Assembly (NCBI GenBank): GCA_013265495.1
Contig: MU057880.1
Span: forward strand, 898,527-962,526
Reading direction: 5' to 3'
Source: Vicugna vicugna
Lineage: Eukaryota
DNA length: 64,000 nt
Each line of letters starts with the position of its first letter. Position 1 is the first letter of the stretch. Below, one piece after another: positions 51,265-64,000 of this stretch. A program made the translations under genes and the position numbers. The notes beneath the pieces were generated by a model that saw only the letters and a program-made list of their open reading frames with translations, had not been told where the DNA came from and did no database searches.

Positions 51265-53634
51265 CCAGAGCATTAAGATTTAAAGTGTGTTTATTTATAC
51301 GTATCCGTGTCATAATTAAAAATATTCTCTAACCCTGAACGACTATTATCTACATTGCAATCTGCTTTTACACACATTGGGGGTAACACATGATTTACAA
51401 AGGATTTCGTCTTAACTCTATTTATCCTTTTATTTTACTTTGATGTCTAGGGATGGGGACCTAGGTCCCAATCATGGCATCACTACAATTAGCTAGTACC
51501 TTAAATGATCTATTTACATTAACCTAAGAATAAGCTGAATCTCCAAAATAAAAACTTAAGATGGTTGTTTGGGCGTCAGAACACATTTCTGATGAAAAGC
51601 AGCGTGATCAAGGGCGGTGATATTTTCTGTCTCCGCCACACACCGAGCAGCTGACTTAGGGACCGTGGGCGGGGGCGCGCACTGTAATCTACAGTTAGAG
51701 AAGGGACGAGGAGGGGCCAGCAGGGGTGCGCTTCCTGTCTGGGCTTTTCCTCCCCTGGAAGCTACTCCTACAGCCGTGGGTCTTTATGAGTGGTGGGTGG
51801 CGGGGGCCAGGCCGGCAGTGCTGAGGGGCCTGGGGGCGGAGCACGGGGACAGGGAAGCCACTGCCTCAGTGCAGGGGGCGTGATGAGCCCACCGTGGCCA
51901 CAGCCGCAGCTCCCGTGGTCACAGAGTTCGAGCTGTGACAGGGAGAGGCGGGGCTGGGGACAGAAGGCAGGCTGGCAGAGGACAAGGCCCAGTTCCCTCC
52001 GCAGGACACGCAAGAAAGGAAGGAATGCATGACTGCTTCTCACACCAAGCTCGGCACCAGAACCATGCGGGCCAGAGAGTAGACAACGGGAGGGGCTTTC
52101 TGGAACGCTGAGGGCTGGAAGCAGAGGGGATGGCCAGGAACCTGGGGAATGACAATGACCTTCTCAAAGAAGGCTGGGCCTTGCTAATAGTAGGCTTGAG
52201 TCAAGAACCAAAGACTGAAGTTTAATAAAAGGACACGGATTGCTGGTGTAAATTCTTCCAAATTGGTGCTTAAGTTCTAAGAATAAAAATGTGGCCCAAA
52301 GGAATGGGTGATTTTCAGTGCAGGGAGGACTCTACCCTGCATGGGCAGTGCTACTGGGAGCTGGGCATCCTGTTAAGGAACTAGGGACCGAGGAAAAGTT
52401 GCACCAAGAAATGTATCCTGGGACATCCGTTAAACTGGGGCTAAGTAATTAGAAACCCTCCAGGCAGGGTGAGTTTGGGTACAGACTGAGGAAAGGAATA
52501 AAAAGTCACGTGATAATACTTGTTAGCTCAAAATAAAGCTGAATGTTCCGAATTTTTACGTCTTAAGAGTCTTCAGAAACTTAATGGAAATTAAGTTTCT
52601 ACATCTTTGACTAATTAAGTCAGAAAATTTAGGTAAAAAGTGTGTGTGTGGGTGTGTGTGTGAGACGAATCTGCCCTTACTACTGAACATGCCAAACCTT
52701 TACACTAGGAATTAAAAAGAGCAGAATTGGGCTGACAGTGGGTATTGAGGACATTATTCAAAAGAGCTTAATGGACTTGAACACAGGCAATTTAATAAAC
52801 ACTGTTTCACATGAACTAACTATTCTGGAAACAAAAACCGCCTCCTAAGTGGTACCCCGTACCTTTAACAGAACTTGGGGATGGTGCTATTTTGGGTTCT
52901 AGTGATTACATTCAGAATTTCGCTATGATGTTACAATCACTGTTATAATAATAATGTATTTAGAACATCACTTTAAAGGTTAAATCAATTCTTCACCCTA
53001 ATTTTCTATGATCTGTGACTTTCACAACAGACTTTTCTTTTTCAAAGATACGCAATTTCTAAAATAGTTCTAGATCCCGAGAACACGGGAGATAGAAGGG
53101 GTCACCTTTATCTTACAGATGGTCCCCGAAGGCCAGAGGAGTAAAGTAACTTGAGCAAACCATCTGGTCTAAGTTCTAGAGCAGATCTTTAGGTCATCTT
53201 ACCTGTCTCATGCTGTTCCCACAACAGCGCTAATAGCTTTTATCTTACTGGTATATACTTAATGCATTGACTGCATGTGGAAGGACTTATTTTGAACAGA
53301 TGCTAAAATAGGGCAATCAAGGGTAAAAACTTAACAGAGGCCTCCTAAAAGCCATGGATGTTACTAGGTAATTGAGATGAATTAATTACCTTTGCTGAAA
53401 ATTACATTTGTCCTTGAGTTTCCTGGCAGCTAAGGAATAAAGGAAAATATCTTGATCACATAGTTTAAATTTTCTCTTTAGAAACAGACCAACAAACAAA
53501 AAAAGCCTATGAATTTGTCCCTAGAAATTGAGATATTCTTAAAATGGATTCACGGTGTCATTGATTTATCTACGTCGTGGTACAGTTTTATAAATACTAG
53601 GGTGCTTTGCTTAGTTACTTAAATTTTCTTCCTA

Positions 53635-53892
<258 letters not shown>

Positions 53893-54998
53893 TTAGATGT
53901 TTATTTCAAATTATATCAGGCTAAATTTTTATATTTAAGTTAGACACTTATTTCAAATTATATCAAGCTAAAATATTGCTCAAAAGTGAGCAATATTTAT
54001 CAGAAAATACGTTCATTAAATTTCCTATACTCAAAACACTTAGAAAAATACATGCAGTGACTGAGATTTAAATAACTGAGTAAAATCTGTTTGGAAAAGA
54101 AAGGGCAAATAAAAGGAAACCATGTGTTTATAACTGGCAAAACTTTAAAACAATTTAGGACATACTAATAAATACTGTGCTCTGTAAATCTAAGTCTAAA
54201 TTAGAAAAAAATATTGGTAGGTGTCTTACATTATGTTTCTACAAAAGGAGCTGCCACAGTTTATTATTCGTTTATCAACATCAACTCTAGAAACAGCACT
54301 ACTGAGGCCAGAATGAAGAGGCAGAATGCAAGCACACTTAAAAAAAAAAAAAAGAGGACAGCAACTACCGGGGCTTCTATTTTACAGAGCATTGCCAAAG
54401 CGCTGAAATTAATAACTACACCTTTGTTGCTTTGAAAAAGATGAAGTTTCTGTACAAACCACACAACAGCATTGCGCTGAGCACAGCAAACCCGCACGCA
54501 CTTAACACCGTGTCGCAGACAAGCCTAAGCGGGGCCTAAACCACAGGCTGCAGCCAAGTGCAGGTGCGGCCACAGGGAGTGGTCTTCCCATTCCTTGTAA
54601 CGGTCAAGACGTAGTTTGCTGCGAAGATGCAGTGACCGACAGGGAGAAAATGCTCCTGTTTTACGAAGTTATGGGATCCAGCCCCGAGCCACTGCATCTC
54701 CAGCGGCGCCCACGGGTATCTGGGTGCGGGGCCGGAGCGCCTGGCCTGCGCTGGTTCTCCCTCCCGCAGAGGAAGGCTGGCCCCGCCGCCTCGGGCATGC
54801 GGGCAGCAGCCGGCACGGGGCCGGTGCAGTGGAACAGCGATGGCCCAACGTCCACAGCGGCCACCGCACGTCACACACAGATGACACTGGACAGTGCGTG
54901 AAACGGGAAAAGCCCTTTACAGCCTCCGGATGCAGAACCCTGGTTTCATAGCCCTGGAGGCCCTCACGGGGACTGTCCACAGCGGGCCCCGAACTCAC

Positions 54999-55139
54999 CA
55001 CCAGGCCGAGGGCCACGAGCGGCTCGCCTTCATTCAGGTGGTAGAGAAAGGAGCCTCCGTACGTGTGTCTGTCCAGCGGCCAGCCCACTGTGTGGTCCAC
55101 CCTCCCCGGCTTCCACTTCTTCTCATCAATAAGCCACAG
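54999..55139 (-). CDS. ETFDH: ETFDH exon 8
   Basis: [47 protein letters not shown]; 141 nt; TTTTTCAG acceptor, GTGAGT donor. Confidence 0.97.
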
Positions 55140-56238
55140 CTGAAAAAGAAGCCCAGAGTATTATTTAAATGTTAATGTCATCACTAGGGGTACTAAGGTT
55201 TGTGTCTTACGTGTGAAAGTGACAAGCGACAAGCTGTAACAGGGGAAACACAACAAGAACTTCAAACATCCAAGAGAGGGGCGTCACCCCGCAGCAGGAT
55301 GAGTCGGAGCAAAGTCACAGGGGGGGAAGGTTAGGGACTCTAAGACACTCATGAGACTCTCAGACTGGAAGGCGTCCAGGCGATTACAGGGGATGCCACC
55401 GGAGAGACAAGGAAGCTTCCCGGGGCCGGGAGATCGGGTGGGGGTCACATGGGCGTGTCCCCGTTGTGAATATCCACCGAGCCCACACCTCAGAGCTGTC
55501 ACCTCACAGCACAGCTGTTATTCTGCAGGAAGGAAGGTCACTCTCTCCCACACTACCCTCTTCCCCACTGAAGGGGATTCATCACCTTACTTTCACAACG
55601 GTGAGTTTTAAATTTTAAACCACCATTTCCATATGAAACAGTATCTAAAAATCAGGCATCACTGGCCATCAGGTAGTGTTGTGCAATACACCAGAACAAC
55701 TAAGCCCGTACTCACAACACAGTGAATCTAGTCACACACAGAATCTGAACCATTCTGAGCTTTACCCTAAAAAAATTTTTAACTGAAGAATTACAAGGAA
55801 ACTTTTACACTAGTAAACCTCAGGTTTGAGAAAATAGATTAGAGACTGGATAAATAGAAAAGATGCAACACTTAATCTAAGTACACTTTAGGTTGCAGAT
55901 GGCTAAAATTTCATTTAAAGCTTATTTTCCAATGTTATACTATAGCTGAGTATGTATTTCATAAAATAAATTCTCTTTATATTATAATTTTGAATAAACA
56001 ATTCCTGTGGGGGGTGGCCATCTTACAGACAGCGTTTGGGTAGCAGGTCAAATTGTATTAGGGCAGACAACATTACAATGAAAAACAAAATCAATGTTAC
56101 AAATATATTCCACTTTTTCTTTCAATCAACATTTGATAAAGCAATTAGAACATGTGCAGACAATTTAGAGAATAGTGGACTTTGAATAGGAATATTTTCT
56201 AGTCCCTTAAAAAAAATCCCAAATATTTTCAGTCATTA

Positions 56239-56430
<192 letters not shown>

Positions 56431-58374
56431 CTAAGAAATTAAAGTGGGTTAAACTGCAATGTTTGACAGCTGAAAAAATATTCACACTCCGTCAGCTGTG
56501 AACTGAACTATGACTCAGGTGCAGAAGGGACAGTGCAAATATACCATATTAGGGTGAAACAGAGCACTGTTGTATGTGGAATTGAATTTAAATTTTATCG
56601 TTTATCTTGTGTCTTTGTTACAGTTTTCTTTTGGACCTCAGAGGTACTGGATTGAATGGTTAAATCCGTAAGAATTAAAAAAAAACACAGCATGCTCACC
56701 ACCCCCACCCCAATTATCTACAAGTGACAATACAGGTAGGAGTGAAGGGGGTGGCGAGGCGGGGAAGGGATCAACTGTACGGTGACCGACGGGAACCAGA
56801 CTTGAGGTGTCATCATTCTGCAGTGTCTACAGACGTCAAACTACAACGCTGGACACCAGAAAGCTACATAATTTAAAAACTTTTTTGTAAAGTGAAAGGC
56901 CATCTCTCTGCTGTTCCTGATTTTCCAGTCCCATGACTTGAAGCAAAAAACACTATGAGTAGCTTTCTTGCGAATCATGCCAGAAAATTTCCATGAATAA
57001 AGAAGTGTATACAGAGTCTACTCATCTTTCTAACACAGTCAGGACCTAAACATACTCAACTACTCGCGTGCACTTTAATCTTACTTGCCGTCTACTGCTG
57101 GAGGTGCATGATAGAACTGAAATGTTTCTCCCAAAGGGAGAATAAAGCTCCAACTCAGCTCCTTCTCTACTGCCGTCTGTATTTTGCACTTACGTGTGGC
57201 ACATGGTAGTTACCCAATAAGGTTACTAAATAAAAATACAGAATAAGAAAACCTCTTATAAAACAACGTTATTTACCGATACCTCTCTGCTCATAGATTT
57301 GCATGTGCACATGCACACAGACACATTCACACAAAAAAAGGCTGACGTGGACGAAACGTTTCATAACTGTTTTCATGTTATGAAGTGACCTGCCTAAGGC
57401 AATATACACCAAATAAAGCTTGCATTTTTAATGCTTGAATAGATTCCTCTAACTTTTCAACCAGCTAGACATTTAGGTTCTTCCAGTGTGTTTCACTGTT
57501 ACAAGCACTGCTCAGATTAATATCCTTGGTGCTAAATATTTTCGGTCTAAATGGTATGAACTATTTCATGGCTAATTTCACACCTTTCGCTACTAGAGTT
57601 TGCTGGTGTCTGTTTTTCTTGTGCGGTGCTCCCCCACCGTCATGCACGTGCCCAGTCTAGAGGTGACACCTTTTTACTGTCCCCTGCCTCTCACAACATT
57701 ACACTGCACTTGTCTGTAAAGCGTGTTGTCAGCCTGGCATGTGACGTACACATGTATGCACTGAGACACTTCCACAGACACTTAAAACTTTTTTGGTTCC
57801 TGGTTTATTTTACAAAAAGAGGATCATATAACACACATTTTTCTAACTAGTAACGCTTCAGGGAGTCTCGTCAAAGGACCGGGCAGCTCCAACCTCCCTC
57901 TTTAGTGGCTGGGCAGTAGTCTGGGGGGCACCGGTGGTCATTCAGCCACCCTGTTAGTGGACAACAGCCAGCCACTCTGTGTCCAGTTCATCTGCGACAG
58001 TAAACAGTGTCACACAGAGGACACCCCTGTACAGGGACCCTTAGGATACTGGTGCTCTTGTTCCTGGAGGAGGTTCCCAGGGGGGCACCGGAAGGTCAGA
58101 GGGCACACCTCTTTTCATCTTGCTGGGTATCACCAGACGGTCTGCCCCAAAGCCTGAAGCAGCTGACATCCCCGCCTGCAGTGTGAGAAGAGCCCTCCCT
58201 GGGCCCAGCTGCTGACAGAGCTAACGGTGCCTCTTACAGTTTCGCCAAGTGCGGTGCCAAATCACTGCTGTTTTAATCTGCACTTTCCTGACCACTGTTT
58301 TCAGCATCTTTTCCTTTTTGATTGAAGTACTAAATGAACACCTCAGTGTGCCAGGTTCTATGCCGGGCACAAGG

Positions 58375-58411
58375 AGAGAGAGAGAGGGAGAGAGAGAGAG
58401 AGAGAGAGAGA
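58375..58411. repeat. (GA)n microsatellite
   Basis: Direct reading. Confidence 0.9.
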
Positions 58412-59794
58412 AAGGAAGACACGTCCCTTTCCTGCAGGCAAGTCACAGAGCAGAGCTCAGTAAGGACCTGAGGGTATAATCACACTTGTGACAGTGCCCT
58501 GGGAGGAGCACAGGGTGTCAGGATGGGGCGGGGAGGGAGGTCTCCGGGCGGGCGAGTGGGAAGGGCTCCGGGAGGTGCGACACTGCGGACGACACTCCTC
58601 ACAGGGAGGGCTCGCCAGCACTTGCTCTTCCGTGAACTGTCACTTTGTAACATTCTGCCCATCTTTTAACGTGCTGTCTTTTTCTTGTCAGTGTACACGG
58701 GCTCTCTGACATCACGGGCAGTCAAACATGTTTTGCCCAATCTCTGCTTATCTGCAGACTCTATAGTATTTCCGGCACACAGAAGTGTCTAAGTTTTAAA
58801 TACTTAAAAGAGGTCTGCCTCTTACAGGTTTTCAATTTCTTGCCTACACAGGATGGCTCACTCCAACCCTAGGCTGTGACTGTAATCTAGATTTCTTTCT
58901 GATTTTTTTTTTTTTACTGTTTTACAAAATCATGACCATTAAGAAAAAATGACGGTCCAACTCTTTGCTCGCAGAGGGACATGGAGTTTTCGCAGCACCA
59001 CTTATGAAACAATCCTAGCTTAATGAACTGAACATCGCTGAGCACACTCCCACTTCCTCTTAGAGGCAGCCTGCCCTCCGTGTGCCGGACCCCCATCCCA
59101 GCCCCTCCGCTTCGTGGCCGTCTGACCCTGGGCAAGTTACTCAGAGACCTGGGAAATGGAAGCACGTCCAAATCCCACTTCTTACAGCCACGCACCTAAC
59201 AGACCTGAGGCTGGGGCCGTGGAATAAGCAGCAGGACACGTGGTCCGGACTCAGGGAGGAGGCATTCAAAGCCGTGGGCCTGCAGAGAACATAGGTGTGG
59301 ACCCAACACGCAGCCTGGAGCCTGGATTGTTCGGAGGACAGGAGGGAGGGGAGGAGGCGCAAGCAAGGCAGCAAGAGGCCTCAGAAACACAAGGAAACCG
59401 ACAGGAGGTGGTGGGGAAGCCAGATGGTTTTTCCAGGAGGGAGACGTTAGCCCGCTGAGCCGGTCCTGCCTCCGGGGCCGTGAGAGGACAGAGGACTAAC
59501 CTGGGTGACGGGCGGGGGTCTGTGGCGGACGAGTGTCAGGGAGAGGACGTGGAGGAGCCCGAGTGTGCTGGGCTGGCAGGGGTGGACCAGCGGGGTAAGC
59601 AGAATCACCCCTGGCTCCGCCCGACCTCTCGTACCAAAGTACTTTTCTAAAACCTCCGATTTGGGAGTTTCGGTTACTAAGAGTCCACTGTACTCTTCTA
59701 GGCTTTTTTGTCCGTATAAATACAACATAGACGACACAACTATTTCTACAACTACAGAGCACAGAACACAAAAACACACCCTGGACAAATACCA

Positions 59795-59796
<2 letters not shown>

Positions 59797-59831
<35 letters not shown>
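59797..59831. repeat. (AC)n microsatellite
   Basis: Direct reading. Confidence 0.95.
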
Positions 59832-59833
<2 letters not shown>

Positions 59834-59992
59834 AAATATCAGAATGGTAGACTCTGGGTGCTCCGGTTTTGTTGTAATAGTAAATATGCAAATTTTTAAA
59901 GAATAAAATGTGATTTAAAATTAAATGATCATGATACAGAAAAGAGTGACCACAACACAGGAGAGAAGTCAGAGAAAACGACACCCTTTAAT

Positions 59993-60545
59993 TGTTACTG
60001 GGCCACCCACGCCTGAGTTCCCTCACCAAGTTCCTGGCTAACCTCTCTATTCAAGACTTTACTCCTTCCTTGTCCCCTCTGACCTCGACCCTGTGCTACT
60101 GAACACCAACCACCCAGAGTCATGACCAGGCTGCTGCTGTGGACATTCGGTCATGACCAGAGCTGCTGCGGGACACCCCGTGCATCGGACATGCACACTC
60201 AGGGTAGGAGGAGCTCAAAGAGCGCCCACCCAGTCGTGGACCACCTGCATGAGAATCGTAAACCATGGACATCCTGACTCCCAAAATTAGATGAGGAAAT
60301 GTCACAGAAACGGCACCAGACAATGATTAATCCTAGCCTCTTTGTTCTTCCCGTTCAAAGAATCCCCAAGTCAGAGACCAGGCGGCAGGGGATCTGCCCT
60401 GACCTGACCCTGTCTCCCACTCCCTGGCTTGGCGCCCTGCAATAAACTCTGACTTGGCTGCAAACTCGCACTGCCGGTCCGGCCCTGCACTGCGGGCACT
60501 TGAGCCTGGGCTCAGATGCGCTATGCGCAGCAGTGTGAGGTAACG
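59993..60545 (+). mobile_element. ERV-type LTR in ETFDH intron 6, probably followed by leader sequence to about 61350
   Basis: Terminal inverted motif TGTTAC...GTAAC(g), internal direct repeat (catgaccag...ctgctg x2), AATAAA at 60441. The downstream stretch has a donor-like GAG|GTGAG near 61020. No clear PBS. Confidence 0.5.
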
Positions 60546-61399
60546 GTTGTTTGAAAACCCAGGGATTCATGAGACACCCTGGGGCTTGTTCAGTCGCCTT
60601 CCTGGGCCCGTCTGACAGGCCCACCGAGCCCCCAGACCTCGCGCGACTCTGGTGCAGCGGTCAGACCACCGGGAGGGATGGCGGAGCGGGGAGACTAAGA
60701 GCAGGAGGCTGTGCTTCAGGGGGCGCCGGCCTGGGTGCCCAACTCTACTCAAGAACGGTTGTGACCCACAATGGCAAAGAACAGGTGCCCGAGTCACTGC
60801 TGTATGCCTGGAACTAACACAGCTCTGGGAACCCACTCTCCTTCCACATGATTAAAGGCAAACCAAAAAGAACAGCAGAGCGGACAGGCTGAGCTCCCAA
60901 GGCTGCCGGAGGCCCTGGCACGGCCTGGCACGGCCTGGCACCTCGCTGGCTCCGGGCCGGCCCTCACGGAGCCTCTCAGCTGGTTGGGAACTTCAGACAA
61001 GGAACAAACCAGCACGAAGAGGTGAGTTAATCTATGCAAGTGTGAACGTGTGTTTTGCTCTTGTCACTGTAGGAATGCAAGGCACTTTTCCTTGTCCTTT
61101 CCGAGGAACCTTACAGGGTGTGAGATCCAAGTCTCAAGGGCTCTTCTTTTATAAACCCCAAATTAACTATTTGTGGAAACTTCTGAATGAGAGGAAGGCA
61201 ATCAGATTTCCATTTACCTAAAGATGTCAAACTCCTGGCAAAGACTGCATCAGCACTACTGACGGCAACCCTGCCAAGACTCCTGCCCTCAGGCACGGGG
61301 ACTGGAGGCGGCTGGAGCGGCGGGTCCCTGACCTACGCGGGTATGTTTGTTGTTTTTTGGTTTTTCCTTCCCTCACTTTTTATTCTCACTCTTACATAG

Positions 61400-61760
61400 G
61401 TTTTTAAAAATATCTTTATGGAAGCATATTCAATTTACAATGTTGTGTCAATTTCTGAGTTATGTATTTATACATATATATATTCCTTTTCATATTCTTT
61501 TTCTTTTTAAAAAAATTTTTGTTTTATTATTATTTTTTGGGGGGTGGGGAGGCAATTAGGTCTGTTTGTTTACTTATTTATTTATTTAATGGAGGTACTG
61601 GGGATTGAACCCAGGACCTTGTGCACCCTAAGCACACACCCTCCCCCCATATTCTTTCATTATTGAATGTAGTTCCCGATGCTCTACAGGAGGACCTCGC
61701 TGTTACCTCTTTTATGCACAGTAGTGTGTGTCTGCAAATCCCGAACGCCCAATTTCTCTT
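61400..61760 (-). mobile_element. L1 3'-end fragment with a nested Vic-1-like SINE (about 61501-61647)
   Basis: L1 3'UTR motifs (caatttacaatgttgtgtcaatttctg). The SINE is flanked by TSD catattcttt (61491-61500 and 61648-61657). Confidence 0.8.
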
Positions 61761-62047
61761 TGAATGACCACATCTTACTGATACCCTCATTAACTAATGA
61801 GTGAAATAAAATCTGTGACGTGTTTGTTTTATATTCATAGGAGTCAAGTTTTTATCTTAAAAAAAATTATTCTTACACGTTATATTTACTTGCCTAAATT
61901 ACATTCAGTGCAAAAATGCTTCTGTATTTTTATCAGTGAGAGAGAGAGTCCACATTAACACCGCTACTCACTCATGTGCAGCCTGCAGCTGTGAGTTGGC
62001 CCCCCCCCGCCCCACCAGCCTGCTCAGTGCAGACCCTCAGCGGTTAC

Positions 62048-62125
62048 CTTTGGTGCCCCGTCCTTCTGTATCCCTACATCGTTGGTGGCGACCCCCTTCA
62101 CGCTTCCGTCTTCATGATAAAGGAC
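62048..62125 (-). CDS. ETFDH: ETFDH exon 6
   Basis: [26 protein letters not shown]; 78 nt; TTCTAG acceptor, GTAAC donor. Not in the supplied ORF track. Confidence 0.95.
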
Positions 62126-64000
62126 CTAGAATGCAAACACATTTCCTTATCACCTTAGGATTCGTAACCGCCTTGGAAAGCAACAACGAACAGCCCTAGA
62201 CTTTCTAGGAGGTGAACGTGTCCTCTTGACGACAGGCTTAAGGATGTTGTGGGGAAAAAAAGGCAAGTTTCTAAGACACAGCCTTCTAGATGGAGCAGAA
62301 TGCGGCTCAGACAGGCAGAGGTGGAAGAAATGCTCCATCTGATGGGGAGGGACGGGGCTGGCGGAGGGGACACTGACAAAGCAGGCGAGATGCAGCAGGG
62401 AGCCTTCTGCTGGGTTCGGGGGTCAGAGACACATGCGTGAACCTGGAGTCAGGGCCAGGACAGGTGAGGGCCGCCGGTGGGGTGGGACAAGGACACTGTC
62501 GGGGAAGCTCTGTCCCCCGGAAGCTGCGACCCGGACACAGACATCACAGAGGGGTTGAAGACAGCCTGAAGGTGACTCAAGCTTGTTTCCAGACCACGGA
62601 GGAAGGAGGGAAACTGTCCAAAAGTGTGACTCTGAAGATGAAAAATAACAATTCTCCGTAGCCCTTACTTGGTCTGTTTCCTCTGGAGGAAAACGCTCTT
62701 TGGACAGGGGAGAACAAAATGCACATTATCATCACACCGCAGGAAGCCCGGGAGTGGAAAGGCGGAGCAGGACTAGCAGCAGGGCTATGACAAACAGGTA
62801 TCAACCTTTTATTTGGCACCTGGGAAACCCATCAACAGCAGGATGTGGCTGTGACCTGGACTGGAGGTCGGCCTCAGAGTAACAAACACCGAGGAGGAGG
62901 AGAGGCGCAGGAGAGGTGCAGGGGCCTCTGAGAATGTGTGTGCGTGCGCATGCACGTGCACGCTCATGAGCACGTGTGCCCACACGTTCAAAAACTGAAA
63001 GTCATGGACTCTACAAACCACCTGCTGTGACTGAGACACTGACTCCCAGCCAAGAACAGCTTATGCAGGAGAAAGGCACAACCAAGTGCACACCTGTGAC
63101 CCGGGGAACAGCAGCCAGCAGCAGCAGGCGTCCCGCGGGGACCTGGCTGTCCTGTTTGACTTGCACGTTGTCAGGGTGAGAACGTTTTTTGAGTTTTCGC
63201 TGGTGACAAGAACAAAAGAACTCCTGCTCCCATGCAGAACCTTCTAGTGTTTCCTTCAGACAACTTAACTATAAGTCCTTTCCTGTCTCTCTTAGATCTA
63301 CGGGAAGCGTGTCAGTTAAGAGTGAAATGAGCCCCGCCGCAGGCCTGTATCTCAGTCGTGCGTTTCGCGGGGCCTCAGAGACGGCTCTGCCGTGTGAACA
63401 CCGAGCATGGTGCCCGTCTCCGTCTGCGGGGGAGTCCGGGCTTCCTGCTGCTCCAAGCTGTCCCTCCCTGCGGGCCAAGGAGACACAGCAGGCTTTACTT
63501 CCCTGGATAAAGATCGTGAGCACGCATGTAACACATCGCAGCTGCCCAGCTACGTGAGAGGGTGGACGGCCGGTAACTGCGCTGAGGTCTCGGCTCAGTG
63601 CTCATTCAGTAGTAACACTGTTTCAATCTTCTTTATAATTTGGAGAGGTGCTTTTTCTGGGTTGGCAGGAGACTTTGCTTTTAATAATTTCCCAATAATA
63701 CTTAGTGAGAGTCTACAGTAGGATGTGGCTGCCATAAGAGTTCCTTTGAGGGAATTATTGGAAGAACAGCTTCTAGAATGAAGGCGGCAACAGTCCTGCT
63801 GCACACGAGGCTGGAATTCCTCCCGGTGCCGCTTTAAGGAGGGGACAACAGGGGATGCGCTCAGAGGACGGCAAGAAACTGACGCATCTCGAAGTACATA
63901 ACGTGACAGCTCTAAGAATGAACAATATGTCACCGGGGAAAGGAACACACCAGTGAAGGTGGGGAGGAAGAGCAGGGCGGCGGCGTAACTGGAAAGCTGC

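Noticed and set aside
52505..52514. CLEAR-like E-box GTCACGTGAT (also TCACGTGA at 48425)
   Set aside because: Isolated intronic motifs far from any promoter; expected by chance.
62126..64000. ETFDH exon 5 and the 117-aa ORF at 63595-63948
   Set aside because: The exon 5 peptide was not found in the window. The ORF has no recognisable homology and may overlap a degraded Tigger-type fragment, which I could not confirm.

Overview
Mammalian genomic DNA, very probably a camelid, judging by many tRNA-Ala(AGC)-derived Vic-1-type SINEs and artiodactyl-type L1 3' ends. The window covers the conserved FNIP2-PPID-ETFDH block. (1) FNIP2: first coding exon (minus strand, 7361-7467) in a CpG island broken by an 809-nt N gap, with part of intron 1 to the left. 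(2) A repeat-rich intergenic interval of about 28 kb. (3) PPID (cyclophilin 40): complete, plus strand, 10 exons, 1113-nt CDS, 370 aa. (4) ETFDH: exons 6-13 on the minus strand, tail-to-tail with PPID. All internal exon boundaries are GT-AG and keep frame. I see no new protein-coding system, CRISPR array or true RNA gene. The best leads are: a composite SINE-spacer-SINE unit present twice in inverted orientation; a polyproline uORF in the FNIP2 leader; an adjacent SRF+MEF2 motif pair in FNIP2 intron 1; a triplicated 20-bp ETS unit and intronic heat-shock elements at PPID; and a tandem duplication of the ETFDH exon 9 splice acceptor. Repeat family names and comparisons with human or cattle come from memory, not from a search.
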